From contig JAUCBJ010006096.1 in NCBI GenBank assembly GCA_032718475.1, positions 1-64,000 on the forward strand: DNA of 64,000 nucleotides, written 5' to 3'. Below are positions 26,073-37,333 of this stretch, in pieces (the stretch's first letter is position 1; every line of letters starts with the position of its first letter). The position numbers were made by a program, and so were the translations under genes. The notes below the pieces were generated by a model. That model did not search any database. It was given only the letters and a program-made list of their open reading frames with translations, and was not told the DNA's origin. The stretch comes from Nemertoderma westbladi. Its lineage: Eukaryota > Animalia > Xenacoelomorpha.

Positions 26073-27370
26073 TACGGAGCCCCTAAGGGGACATTAAAAA
26101 TAAAATTTTCTTTTGCGTAGATAGCTCGTGCGAACGACTTACTAACTCATGCGAACGACTTATCTATACTTCGATTGGCTAAACTTTACTGGTAATAAAA
26201 AATACAATAGTAGTGGGATTTCCAATTCAATATTCAATACTTGTAACTCAATAATGGCTCACTCAAGTCCGTCTGAAATTCTCTAGTCTGTCGCTAGAGG
26301 GCTTAATTTAAATCCTTCGACCCATTCCGTAATTTATAATCTGTTCAAGCTGAAACTTCTCAGCTATGTGCAATAACTACATCTTGTGTCTTTGTGGGGA
26401 CGGTAATCGGTCTGCAGGAATTACTTCACGATTGCTTGAGGATCAATATGATTGCATCGATTTTACTTTTTTCCCGGCTCGCTGGCGCTCGGTACACAAT
26501 ATGCCTCGAGAATAATGAAAAAGGTCCTACTTTTTTTTCCAAAGTAATACATTATTAATAAAAAGGTCCTTCGAAAGTTACAATATTAACCGTTGAAAAT
26601 GAGGAAAGCAGGTCGGACAATTCGGTCCCGGAAGATACAGTACCGGAGAATTAGAACCCGGACAGTTGGATCCCGGACAATTCGAATTAGGTCTCGGATA
26701 ATTCGGTACCGGTCAATTCGGCCTCTGACTATTCGTTTTCGGACAATTCGGCCCCGGACAATTCGGTCTCGGACAATTCTGTTCCTGAGAATGCGGCCCC
26801 GGACAATTCGGTCCCGGAAGATACAGTACCGGAGAATTAGAACCCGGACAGTTGGATCCCGGACAATTCGAATTAGGTCTCGGACAATTCGGTACCGGTC
26901 AATTCGGCCTCTGACTATTCGGCCCCGGACAATTCGCTCCCGGACAATTCGGTCTCGGACAATTCTGTTCCTGAGAATTCGGTCACGGATAATTCGGTAC
27001 CGGACGATTGTAGCATCGGTCCATGAAATTGCAGGACGCCAAAATTCACAACTAAATTGTCTAACCTTTTTCTCTTCTATATACAAACTAAATTTAAAGA
27101 AAAACTGACAGAACCGTTGCTGAGATATTGGTGTCTAAACATTGAGCCAGACAGACCAACAAGACAAACATAAGCACGTGATGGACCAACATAGACAACG
27201 CCGATTTGGCCATGCATTAAACTGTATGCTAAGGCTCGCTTACTTCGAGGCTCGCCCCACAAATATCATTTATAGCAGGGAGTCATATTTAATCATCGAA
27301 CGACTTAGTAAGTCGTTCGCACGAGATAGTTAAGTCATTCGCACGACTTAGCAAAAAAGGCTCCTCCGTA
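26073..27370. mobile_element. Non-autonomous DNA transposon with a 6-bp TSD
   Basis: Termini TACGGAG / CTCCGTA, CTATTC on both flanks, inverted subterminal GCGAACGACTTA repeats; carries a GGACAATTCGG repeat block internally. Confidence 0.75.
26610..27010. repeat. 15-bp GGACAATTCGGTCCC-type array with a ~190-bp higher-order duplication
   Basis: Same unit as the TIRs at 24468/25718; explains the Arg-rich spurious ORFs 26586-27108. Confidence 0.85.
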
Positions 27371-27376
27371 CTATTC

Positions 27377-28620
27377 AAACACATTTAAATAGAATACCAG
27401 TATAGTCACCCTGTACATTCCTCAGTTTGTTTATTTTTGCTGGTTCACCGATCACGGACATGACTGCTGGTAATCCAAACAAACCAATGATTTCCTTATC
27501 AGGCCATTTCCATCTGTACCCAACTGACTTTTCCATCATTGATACTTGAGCCATATCAGCCAGAAATAGTTGGAGTTTACCTGGGATGAAGACACTATTG
27601 TTCTTCACAATCACATTAGTAAATTTATGCTCGATTCTTTGCGTGTTCTGTGAAACAGTTAATAAGTTTATTATTCCCGGCAAATTGGGAACTTTGCACA
27701 AATTAGCGAGTATGGATACGTGTAACTATTTCACTGTCCCCTTTGCTCGGTTCTACAAGATGGATAGACATAATTCCAGGGACTGATTTTGTATTTTCTT
27801 ATTTTTCCTTAATTTTCCATTTGGATATCTCCTTATCATATACTAAGATGGCTTTGGTGTTGTCGTCAACAGTCTCTATGGATGGTGCATCATTAACAAT
27901 CATATTTTGTCTCAGAATTTATATTTTTGTCTTTAATGAAACCAACACTAGTAAATAAAGAATCTTGGGTAGTGTTCCAATGGCCCGATTGCACCTCGTC
28001 TTGATAGTTGCAAGAAAAATTATCTGCAAAACCGACTTGCAACAGTGCTATATCTGAATTGTCTGTAGCCTTCTTGCATATGCCGTAATAAGCCGCACGT
28101 TTTACCAATAAATGAAATAGAAACTTTGGCATCATCAATTCCAGCACGGATAACATCACACTACGTTGAATCAAACTCATCGACTTGGGGGTTCCGTTCT
28201 CCTTTAAGATTTATTTCCATTCCCACAATGAAAAAGAATTATCCAAACCACTTGTCATCTTCTCAACGAAATAAATTTGTAAAATTATGACATATATTTC
28301 TTGTTATCAATATCACAAACACACCTCTTTATAAAATAATCAGAATAAAGTGGGAAGGTCGCTGGTAGATCTCGATGAAAGGCTTGCTGAAGTCTTATAA
28401 TGTTTTGGTGATAAATGCAAATAGAGACGTTTCGAGGGAGTTTGGATGATAATAGTAAATGGCAGGGACGCAATGTTGTAAAATTTGTAAAACATATATC
28501 ATCCCCCATGGAAGGATGTTTTTCTTCATAATCTTATTATGCCGCCCATAGAGTAAGAATTATTACAGTATTAAGTCTCTTTTGTTTTTTTACTTTCTCT
28601 TTATCGATATAGACTGTCAT
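27377..28620 (-). pseudogene. Degraded DNA transposase, Sola2-like
   Basis: Frameshifted fragments: FTTLRPCH...CIYHQNI...CVCD and GFADNFSCNYQDEVQSGHWNTTQDSLFT, matching the DF(S/A)ENY..QDEVQSxHW..QxT motif I recall from Sola2-type transposases. Confidence 0.6.
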
Positions 28621-28631
28621 AACGTCTCACT

Positions 28632-28820
28632 GGCTTTCGCAGTGAGGACCAGCCAGTTTGCCATTTCAGCCAGCCATTGTGCTTTGGCAGATTGGTTTTG
28701 AAGATGCGGATGATCTAGCAAATGTCATGAGTGATGGAGTTGTGGCGGCGCAACTTTCTCGACAAGCTGGCATAGCATTCTTAAAAATGCAGCTGCAATG
28801 CATGATCCTAGTAGTAGTAG
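28632..28820 (+). mobile_element. Short 3'-end copy of the RTE-like LINE with an internal deletion
   Basis: 28698-28820 is the reverse complement of ~22180-22310 including the TAGTAGTAGTAG tail; 28633-28657 matches the FRxEDQPV segment. Confidence 0.85.
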
Positions 28821-29360
28821 TCATACCGTCAGCAATAACGACGAAAGACTCAAAAACGACGAAGGTCGTCGAGGAAGTAACGGCATTTGTGGGCGGCCCA
28901 TGCGGCCCTCAGGGCATCGAGTTCAGCCATCCCGGTCAAGTTGGCTTCACGTTTAGCGAGGGTCCGGGATCCGCATCGGATCGTTAACCAAAGGTTTCGG
29001 GGTGGGCCCCATTGCCGCATGAGAAATCCGTGTTCATTGAGATGGGAGGCATCGGTGAGGAGCTCAGTGCGACGGTCGGGTTGAAACCCGGAAAGGTGGT
29101 GGGGGCTGGAGAGCGCTGTGCGGATTGCCTCGAAAGCATCCTGGTGTTGGTGGTCAGGTGGTTGGGGAGCCACAGCCACGAGGAGTAGTTGGAGTTGATG
29201 CTGCGGAGGGGCTCAACCACTTGGCTGCTTGGGTAATTTCGGCGGTGGAGTTGCCGAGTTGCTGCGCGAGGCCGAGGAAGGATCGGAGTTCTTTCCAGCA
29301 CGTCGGAACGGCGAAATGTTGGAGGTCGTCTGTGAGCTCCGGGTCGATGTGGTGCCAAAA
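28821..29360 (-). pseudogene. Ty3/Gypsy pol fragment (RT thumb to RNase H), GC-rich
   Basis: KELRSFLGLAQQLG, FEAIRTALSS, ELLTDAS..GFLMRQ, CGSRTL..REAN...ELDAL..AWAAHKCRYFL, with frameshifts. Confidence 0.8.
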
Positions 29361-32051
29361 CTAGATAGGTAACACAGTCTGACTCTGACTGTATGTAGGC
29401 GTACGGTAGTAACATACTAACACAAGGGGCGAGCCATCAAGGGAGGTGGGTACTATGGATGTTACTAAAATAGGCACACAGTCAAACACAATCAAACACA
29501 AGCAGGAGGATGTTTGTAGAACCCCTAAAGGTCTAACTACACAGCAGCTTTTTAGGCTAAAGTGCTAACTTTTTTAAAGTGCTAACATAAAGTGCTAACC
29601 AAACCTGCCAAATGAATTCTAAAGACATGATTGGTGCAAATTTGCTTTCAGTTTGGCTGTTAGCACTTTAAAGGTTTTGCAAACCCGGACATGTGTATGT
29701 GTAAATTGCGATGCGCCCCCTAGCGTCTCATGTGTGCATCAATATATTGGCAGAATCTTCTATAGTGCTAACTTTGTGTGTAAATGTTAGCAGTATAATA
29801 TTATAAAAATAAAGTTACTATAGTGCTAACTGCACTGTGTAAATGTTAGCAGTAAAATATTTTAAGAGTAAATTGAATATAGTGCTAACCTAAGTGTGAC
29901 AATTTTGGCAGTTATAATGAACAAAAATCACATAATGAAAATATATAAAAGTTAAACTGTTTTTGGGACGATGAAAAAGGCAATTGAAAATCATTGAATT
30001 ACTATTAATATCGTTTTAGGACTCTACGTAGGTACAATACTGTATGACAAAATAAACTTTAATGTCTTAATGTAATAAACTTTAACTTTAATTTAAAAAA
30101 ACCATCACTTTTTGCACTTTGAGAGGCCCAGTTCCTTTTTTTATTCATTCCGTTGGATTCAGAACAAATGATTTTCAATTGGTGCTCAAATTTGGTACTA
30201 ACACCAAAATTGAACACCAGAATAATAACAAGTTTCAAATCTCTAGTACATTTTTCCGAAGAATTCTGAACCCCCCAAGTCCGTGGACAAAAAATAGAGA
30301 TGACTGTATGGTACAATTCATAAGTTCTATATCTTGAAAAGGTTTTTTTTTTTAAAAGTAGTAAGTTCAGATTCCGAACTCTGTTTGATTGAGAAACATA
30401 ATTGATAAAACCACGGATCGTATTACCCCCCACATCCTCCGGGTTTAATAGGGTTAAGTATGATGGCTTAATAACATTTATTGATATTATTCAGAGTCGA
30501 ATACTAAACTTCATGTGACTGACATGGTAATTTTGATAACAATAATAGGCAGTATTTATTTTTATCACGTTACAGTTAATGGTTAATTAATTTATCTTTT
30601 ACGTTTCCTGATTCGGTTATATATTTGATGGTAAATATGCCGCCATGGGATACTACCAAGAATAGTGTGCTCTCTTTGAATTTGCTCTATTTCCTCCTTT
30701 TTGGGCGGCGTCATATTAAGTAGGTTTTTCTCAAAGCACCTCTCTATTGTCTTTAAATCTTTTGTAAAAGCTTCTGTGGGATATAACTGGCCCTTTTGCT
30801 TCGCAATCCAGTTTCCCCCCTAGGCGCTGGAATACTCTAAAAGGCTCTATAACTATATATATATTCCCCTCGCCCGCAAGGTACCGTTATAGGTGTTTTA
30901 ACGGACATAAAAGTCATTCTGCTATATACGTGTTTTGGCGGACATGGTAAGGCAAAAAACCTGCAATGCACCAAATACCTTTACACAGCTTAGCCTTGAT
31001 GATTCAGATTGCGACATCTAGCAGCTGGTTGCTGGCATGGAAACAGCCATTGGACGCATGGTTCTTTGTTTGGCTTGAGCCAATCAGAGCGATTTTTTCT
31101 GTCGACGTGTAGATATTCGGCCGATCATACTGGGAGTGTTCAGTCTTACTGTTTTTAGTGATACCGTTGTGTTATTGCTATCTAGGCCAGGAACACCGGC
31201 TCTAGAGTCAATTCGTTTTCATACTTTAGAAGAAACATTAGTAGGCTTAAATTATAGAGCGTATAACTGTTATCAGTGCAGTCTTGTCACATCTTGTCAT
31301 ACCATATCTTAACCTACCGTCTTAATGCTGTTTACTGTTGTGTTTTGGTTGAATATTATTTGGAGAACATATATAAAGAACCCAAATTTCCCAATTTTCT
31401 TGATACACTACAGGTTAGAGAGACGGGTTATATATAGCGATTGCGACTTATATTATTATGGTTTGTAGTGAATTTAATGCTATTTGATAAGCCCTACATG
31501 AGTCCGTTGCTGTTCTCTTTATATATGATAAAATTCATTGACGGTCGGCAAATTAGTGAGCAGTATTGTGTGTTACCGGTAGTGTGCATGATTGTGACTG
31601 ATAACTAAGCATTTCCTAAAGAATGCGCCTCATACGTGAATCATAAGCCTTACCGACTTACCGTTGTGATTAGTATAAGTCATATCTCTGTTTACCTAGA
31701 TAGAGCGCCACGTCCTAAAGGAACTGTTAATATTTCCCGAAAGTGAATAATATTAGTCAGAAATTATTTATTAACGATCAATCGAATAATACAATACAGT
31801 AAGCTTACACTGCAATAATAATCTAAGCCCTCAGAATCCAGTCTCCCGGGTATATCCAGCGGGTGAATGGACGCGCACTATGCTGGCTTCTGCTAATGTT
31901 GTGTTTATTGGTATTAAATATTTGTCATCTTCTAAAGTCTATTTATAAACCAAAAGACATATAAATTTTGGCAGGTTAAACTGCTAAAGGTCTTCAAAAG
32001 CGCGTACAATAACAGTTATTGTCTTTATTGCAGTAAGCAATAAAGTTGAAA

Positions 32052-32200
32052 GTACCGGTCGACCGGTAAACCTGAACCGGTACTTCTGTAGGTCAGTAGG
32101 CCCAACTGCCAGAACCGGTACTGCTGTAGGTCCGTAGGTCCAACTGCCAGAACCGGTATTTCTGTAGGTCCGTAGGCCCAACTGTCCTAACCGGTACTTC
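32052..32200. repeat. ~38-bp tandem repeat (3-4 units) ACCGGTACTTCTGTAGGTCCGTAGGCCCAACTGCCAGA
   Basis: Visible degenerate tandem units upstream of the BEL gag. Confidence 0.75.
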
Positions 32201-32379
32201 CAGTATAAGTACATTAGTATTATTCGATTTTGATTATTGTATACTGGTAGGTCTTAGTATTTAATCAGGGACTGCAGCCCTGGTTTTTTATTGAGATTTT
32301 ACTCATTTCTGTCGGTTTTATTTACATGTAAGTTAATATTGAGCTGAAGACGTGTAAGTCTGCTCAGATTGTTCAGATA

Positions 32380-32955
32380 ATTGTAGGCCGGACTGTTGTT
32401 AGATTGTTGTTGAGTTTGGAGAGATTACGGCGTGTGTAGAGTTTGTCCGATAGAGTGCCAGTTAGTAAGTTGGGGCAGCCATAGCTGTAAGGTCAATCCC
32501 CTCTTAAAGAATAAGTCGTACTACCGTGTTAGAACGCATACTAACTAACAATTTTGGAATCTGCACATACTGTAGTTTATTTAGGCTTGACAGTATTCTG
32601 CCAGCGCTTTGGCCTGTGTTTGTTTGTGTGGTCTGTTCAGGTACCGTAATAGTTATTACTCAGATATTTTGTAGGCTGGATTGTTGTCTAGCTATTATTA
32701 GGTCTGAAGAGATTGCTGCTTGTGTAGAGTTTGTCTGATAAAGTGCCAGTTAGTAAGTTGGGGCAGCCATAGCTGTAAGGTCAATCCCCTCTTAAAGAAT
32801 AAGTCGTACTACCGTGTTAGAACGCATACTAACTAACCGTTTTGGAATCTGCACATACAGTAGTTTATTTAGGCTTGGTGGTAGTCTGCCAGCGTTTGGT
32901 TTGTATTTTGTTTGAGTATTCTGTACGGGTAGCGTAATATTTATTATTCAGAGTT
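32380..32955. repeat. ~290-bp tandem duplication in the presumed BEL 5' leader
   Basis: GTGCCAGTTAGTAAGTTGGGGCAGCC...AGAACGCATACTAACTAAC occurs at ~32455 and ~32743. Confidence 0.85.
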
Positions 32956-34216
32956 TATGCGATTATTCGCAACATTCATGTCCCCAAGTTTATTCCTAAA
33001 GTAATTGTGTTTGTTACACATACCGTTATAGTTAAATTAACCCCGGTACTACACGGGCTGCTTGGCGTAGGACAAGACTGGTGACTTTGTGCTTCGGTCA
33101 CTCCAGCAGATGCCGTGGTTCTTTTAACTGTTCAAGTATATTTAACTACTGATTATTTGTTGTACCAGTACTTGTACCTAATTTAGGGTTTAGTGTACAG
33201 TGCTTTCCGAAGTAATTAGTGTGTAGGCAGTATATTTGTGTTGTAAAGTGGTTAATAGGCACGCTGGATCTGGTAGTCCGCGGTAATTAACTTCCAGGTA
33301 GGAACACTCCGTGATACATAACGTAGTACCTATAGCGATACGGCTATAGGTCGTCAGGCGGTGGTATTTTCCTATCTGGACAGCGCAATATATTTACTAC
33401 TACTTATTATTTCAAATACCGTAGTACCCTGTCCATTGTAATAACCAGAAATCTAACCCTTTGTTAGGCTGGTTTGTAGACTTCCTGTAAAATTACCCTA
33501 AAATTTCGTACGTAATATTTTTGTTGTGTTTAATTAGAGAATTAATCTCACCCGTATCGTAAGAAATTTGTAGTATTAAGTAACTTAGGAAAATTAGAAT
33601 GTAGCACTCCACTGAGAGCGCACAGCTTCTGTGTAGTGACCCCAGAAATAATAACATTTATTTCAAATATTGACAAAACCCATTTTAAACGGGTATATAA
33701 ATATTATAAATCAACTCAAACGATTTATAAATAGTAGGCCTGCCATACAACAACTAGGTCTCAATATCAGTTGGACTACTGCTTAAATAACAGTAATAAA
33801 GTAAGTTAAAGTAATCAAGTAACCCTAAAATATTCAGAAATTCAATTATTCTAAAATAATTGACATACCGGTATTTACCATAGGCTTATTATATTTATTT
33901 CTATAAATTTGAGCTAAAATCATACCGGTATTCTGTAATTAATTCTAGTTCATAATTATACTTATATATACTATAAGTGTAAGCTGTATACCGGTATTCA
34001 CGATAGGCCTATTATATATTTATATATATTTGTGCTAAATTATATACCGGTACTCTGTGACAAAACTAGTTTACAATACTTATATATATTATAAGTGCAT
34101 ACCGGTATTCTAATATACTGCAATAAATTACTGGTACTAGGCCAACGGTCATACTGAATTACTAGACTTGCTTTAACTGTAACTATAGCAGTAAGCATTC
34201 AACTGTATAGCTAAAC

Positions 34217-37200
34217 ATGTCTGACACTCAGCAAAACCTGTCAGACAGTCTAATCGATACAACCATCTGTGACACAGATAGGAGTGTGGAGCGATTAAGA
34301 AAGGAGTTCAGCTCACCTCCTACTGAAAGAAAAGTCATCCCTCCAGTAGTGGTATCGGACCCTAAGCTAATCCAACACCGTAGGTCTATCATCGGCACTC
34401 GGGCCCAAGTCAAACGGAACCAGGAAGCAGCTGTCCCACAGCAGCAACAGCCTAGTCAAGAAACTTGTTCCCAGCGATCCGATAGCTCCAGTAGTTCGGA
34501 TACTGTCGAGCTGACCCCCGAACGCGGATTGCGGATGGCGGCTAAAGCCTACTCGGACCCCCTTCTCACCCTCCCTGCCGCAGTGCTAACTACTATATTG
34601 ATTGCGGTGGAGGAACATCAAGCCAATTGGGCGAGAAATAAGCGAGCGACCCAAGATAATTATGCGGGATACGCCAGGGAAGAATTGATGTCTATTGTCG
34701 AGTCACAATGGAACTTTCCCGAACCCGGACTCCCGTTAGATCTGTCCGAGGCTACTTGGGAAGATATACACAGGATGGGAGTGGCTAAAGATACGATGGA
34801 TCCAGCTGTTTGGAAGAGGTCGGCAGCAGGATATGTGCAGGGATTCTTCGGCTCCTTAGAGCGATTAGAAGAACAACTGTTTCGACAACCCCAAGGACCT
34901 CAAGAGCAAGAAGAACTGCTATACCAAGTACGCGAAAGAACCCTACGCATTCGACTAATCCTATCAGCCTTTGAGGAAACTTCCAAAAGAAGACAGGACA
35001 CGTCGCTGCAAGTTGCTGTCAAAACTTGGTTCCAGCGGGTGGGTCGCAAAGTACAAGAAACGGACCAGTGGAAATCCCAGCTGTCTGAGAGACTAACCTA
35101 TGAAGAACCAACCGATGCCACCCTTCCTCAAGTGGAAGGCGAAGAGACCGCAGAGAGACCACGAACGAGAGACGCCATAGACATTTATCTGTCCGACTAT
35201 CAGCGATTCCTAGGAGACGAAGAGTTGAGGAGACGGCTTTCTGGACTTTCCCCTAATAGTGAAGGAACCCAACGTGTGTTAGACTCAATCGATGCTGAAA
35301 TGTTAGCTGCTAACCAAGCAGAATTTGATGAAAAACTCTGCCTCGCTAGAGTCCAGGAAGAACAAGTAAAGAAAAGACGGATAGAGGAACAAAAGGCGGC
35401 GGCTATGGCAGAAGCAGAAGTAGAAAGAAAGGCAGTGACGGCAGAAGCAGAAGCAGAAAGAAAAGCAGCAAAGGCAGTGGCAGAAGCAGAACGGAGAGCC
35501 TCTGAGCAGAGTACCCAACTGGAGTTGGAAAATCTGCAAGAGACGCAAGACAACATAAATAAACAGTTAACTGCTAGTCAAATGCAGATGATGAGACGAT
35601 CTACTCCCAAACGCCAGGGATACACATCATCGGAGGAAAGCGAAACCACCGATCCTGAAGGCGGAGGAAATAGATCTCGTCTAAGCAGGCGTAGAAAAAC
35701 ATCTCACCGTCACAAATTGCCTGATTTGCCCCCAGCTATTAGAAGACAGCTAGCTAGCACAGACTTAGGTAGTACGGAACCCGCATACCAAACTATTCAG
35801 GTCAAAAGACTCCCTACAATAGTTGATGAGCCTGAAATAATTAGGCCTGTCGTTCCCAAAGTCACTTCTGTGTTAGAGACCCCTGTACTTCCAGAGCTTA
35901 ACTCTAAATTCCCTTTACATAGTACTACACTGCCTGTACCCGGTAGAACAGTCCAAGAGAATATCCCTGTCCTGGAATCTGAGAGAGAAATCAAAGATTT
36001 GTCTCCTGTCGTCCCGCGTAAGCCCGCTACAATGTTGGCGACTCCCGCTTCGGCGGTCGAGTGGGTAGAGGAGGGACGGCGGGGGATGAACCTCCTGCTC
36101 GGACAGATGCAGGAGACTGTCCACCAACTTAAGGGAACAGTAAGGGAAGGTAGGGCAGAGTTGCAAGAAGTGCAGCAAAGTATCGCACTGGAACGCGACA
36201 AGTTAGTCAATATACAAAAAGGGATACCAATACCCCCTGTAAAATTGTGTCAACCTGTTAGGTCTGAAGTATTGCATGCGCAAGGTGTGGAGCCTACACG
36301 CATCTATACTGCTAGTGAAGTAGAAACTCCTATAGCAAACCCTATTAAGGGTGATTATAGACCTGTTGTTAATGATGTTCCTTATAGACCTGACAATGAT
36401 CCGAGAAATTTATATACCGATAATTCGATATTAAATAACACGATGGCCCAAGAAAGCTTTACGCGTCAGATGGCCAGAACAGAAGCCCGCCAAGCGGTCA
36501 AAGTGGGAGAGATCGTCAAATTCAATGGAGATGAGATGAAATGGTTACCTTTCAACGAATATTACAAAGATAGCATACAAAACTCTGTACTATCTAACGG
36601 AGAGAAACTTAGGTTCCTCATCAAGTGCTTGGAAGGACCTCCCAGGTTAATGGCGTTAAAGTTTATTGGACATCCAGAAGGATTAAGACAAGTATGGGAT
36701 ACATTAAACATCAGGTACGGTAACAAGGATAACATAGCTAAGTATTTGTATGCAAAATTAGTAGCCCCCCGACGCTTCCTTAGTAGCGGGATTATAGAGT
36801 TTTCCGATGAAATTCAGGAAATCTGTAGACAATTGGACTGGTTAGGTAAGTCTCATGAATATCAAAGTTCCATGGTTATTGGAGCAGTAGTCTCTACTTT
36901 ACCAAAGGGTGGAGTATGTACACGCTGGGACAAGAAAGTGTTGTACATGAATGAACAACAACAACGAAGTCCTACCATGGCTGATCTCATGTCCTTCTTA
37001 GATAGTGAAGTAAAACTACAACTCATCAACCAGTCCAGAGAGAAAACATCGGAAAATAAGGTAAGTGAGAAACCCGCTTCTAGGAGAAGAGTAACCCCGG
37101 TGTGTTACACTGACGACGGCGAAAGCCAAGCTTCTCAAGAAGAGGACAGCGGGAAAGACACTGAGAGATCTTACTACGTTGACAAAACCTCAAAAGATGT

Positions 37201-37333
37201 AAGTAAATACAAGGCTCGAAACAACAATAGGAGAGAACAGGTTGCCAAGACCCCCCTCAGTCTCCTAACAGAATGCACCGAAGAAAACCCGAAGAAAAAA
37301 CGAGAGTGCATCAAGTTACCCAAGGTAAAGTGA
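34217..37333 (+). CDS. BEL/Pao LTR retrotransposon Gag, 1038 aa, with a long N-terminal extension and coiled coil
   Basis: DUF1759-like capsid region (IVKFNGDEMKWLPF...EKLRFLIKCLEGPP...LNIRYGN); AEAEAERKA helical repeats; overlaps the next ORF in the -1 frame. Confidence 0.85.
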   Translation: MSDTQQNLSDSLIDTTICDTDRSVERLRKEFSSPPTERKVIPPVVVSDPKLIQHRRSIIGTRAQVKRNQEAAVPQQQQPSQETCSQRSDSSSSSDTVELTPERGLRMAAKAYSDPLLTLPAAVLTTILIAVEEHQANWARNKRATQDNYAGYAREELMSIVESQWNFPEPGLPLDLSEATWEDIHRMGVAKDTMDPAVWKRSAAGYVQGFFGSLERLEEQLFRQPQGPQEQEELLYQVRERTLRIRLILSAFEETSKRRQDTSLQVAVKTWFQRVGRKVQETDQWKSQLSERLTYEEPTDATLPQVEGEETAERPRTRDAIDIYLSDYQRFLGDEELRRRLSGLSPNSEGTQRVLDSIDAEMLAANQAEFDEKLCLARVQEEQVKKRRIEEQKAAAMAEAEVERKAVTAEAEAERKAAKAVAEAERRASEQSTQLELENLQETQDNINKQLTASQMQMMRRSTPKRQGYTSSEESETTDPEGGGNRSRLSRRRKTSHRHKLPDLPPAIRRQLASTDLGSTEPAYQTIQVKRLPTIVDEPEIIRPVVPKVTSVLETPVLPELNSKFPLHSTTLPVPGRTVQENIPVLESEREIKDLSPVVPRKPATMLATPASAVEWVEEGRRGMNLLLGQMQETVHQLKGTVREGRAELQEVQQSIALERDKLVNIQKGIPIPPVKLCQPVRSEVLHAQGVEPTRIYTASEVETPIANPIKGDYRPVVNDVPYRPDNDPRNLYTDNSILNNTMAQESFTRQMARTEARQAVKVGEIVKFNGDEMKWLPFNEYYKDSIQNSVLSNGEKLRFLIKCLEGPPRLMALKFIGHPEGLRQVWDTLNIRYGNKDNIAKYLYAKLVAPRRFLSSGIIEFSDEIQEICRQLDWLGKSHEYQSSMVIGAVVSTLPKGGVCTRWDKKVLYMNEQQQRSPTMADLMSFLDSEVKLQLINQSREKTSENKVSEKPASRRRVTPVCYTDDGESQASQEEDSGKDTERSYYVDKTSKDVSKYKARNNNRREQVAKTPLSLLTECTEENPKKKRECIKLPKVK

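Noticed and set aside
25469-27108. Arg/Ile-rich protamine-like ORFs on both strands
   Set aside because: Produced by the 15-bp GGACAATTCGGTCCC repeats (length divisible by 3, no stops).
30060-30457. piggyBac-like element ending AGGG|TTAA
   Set aside because: Only one plausible end; no left TIR or transposase, so not called as a feature.
37240-37333. Programmed -1 frameshift between BEL gag and pol
   Set aside because: No in-frame X XXY YYZ heptamer found, the element has other lesions, and the shift separates the knuckles from Gag; a mutation in a homopolymer run is more likely.
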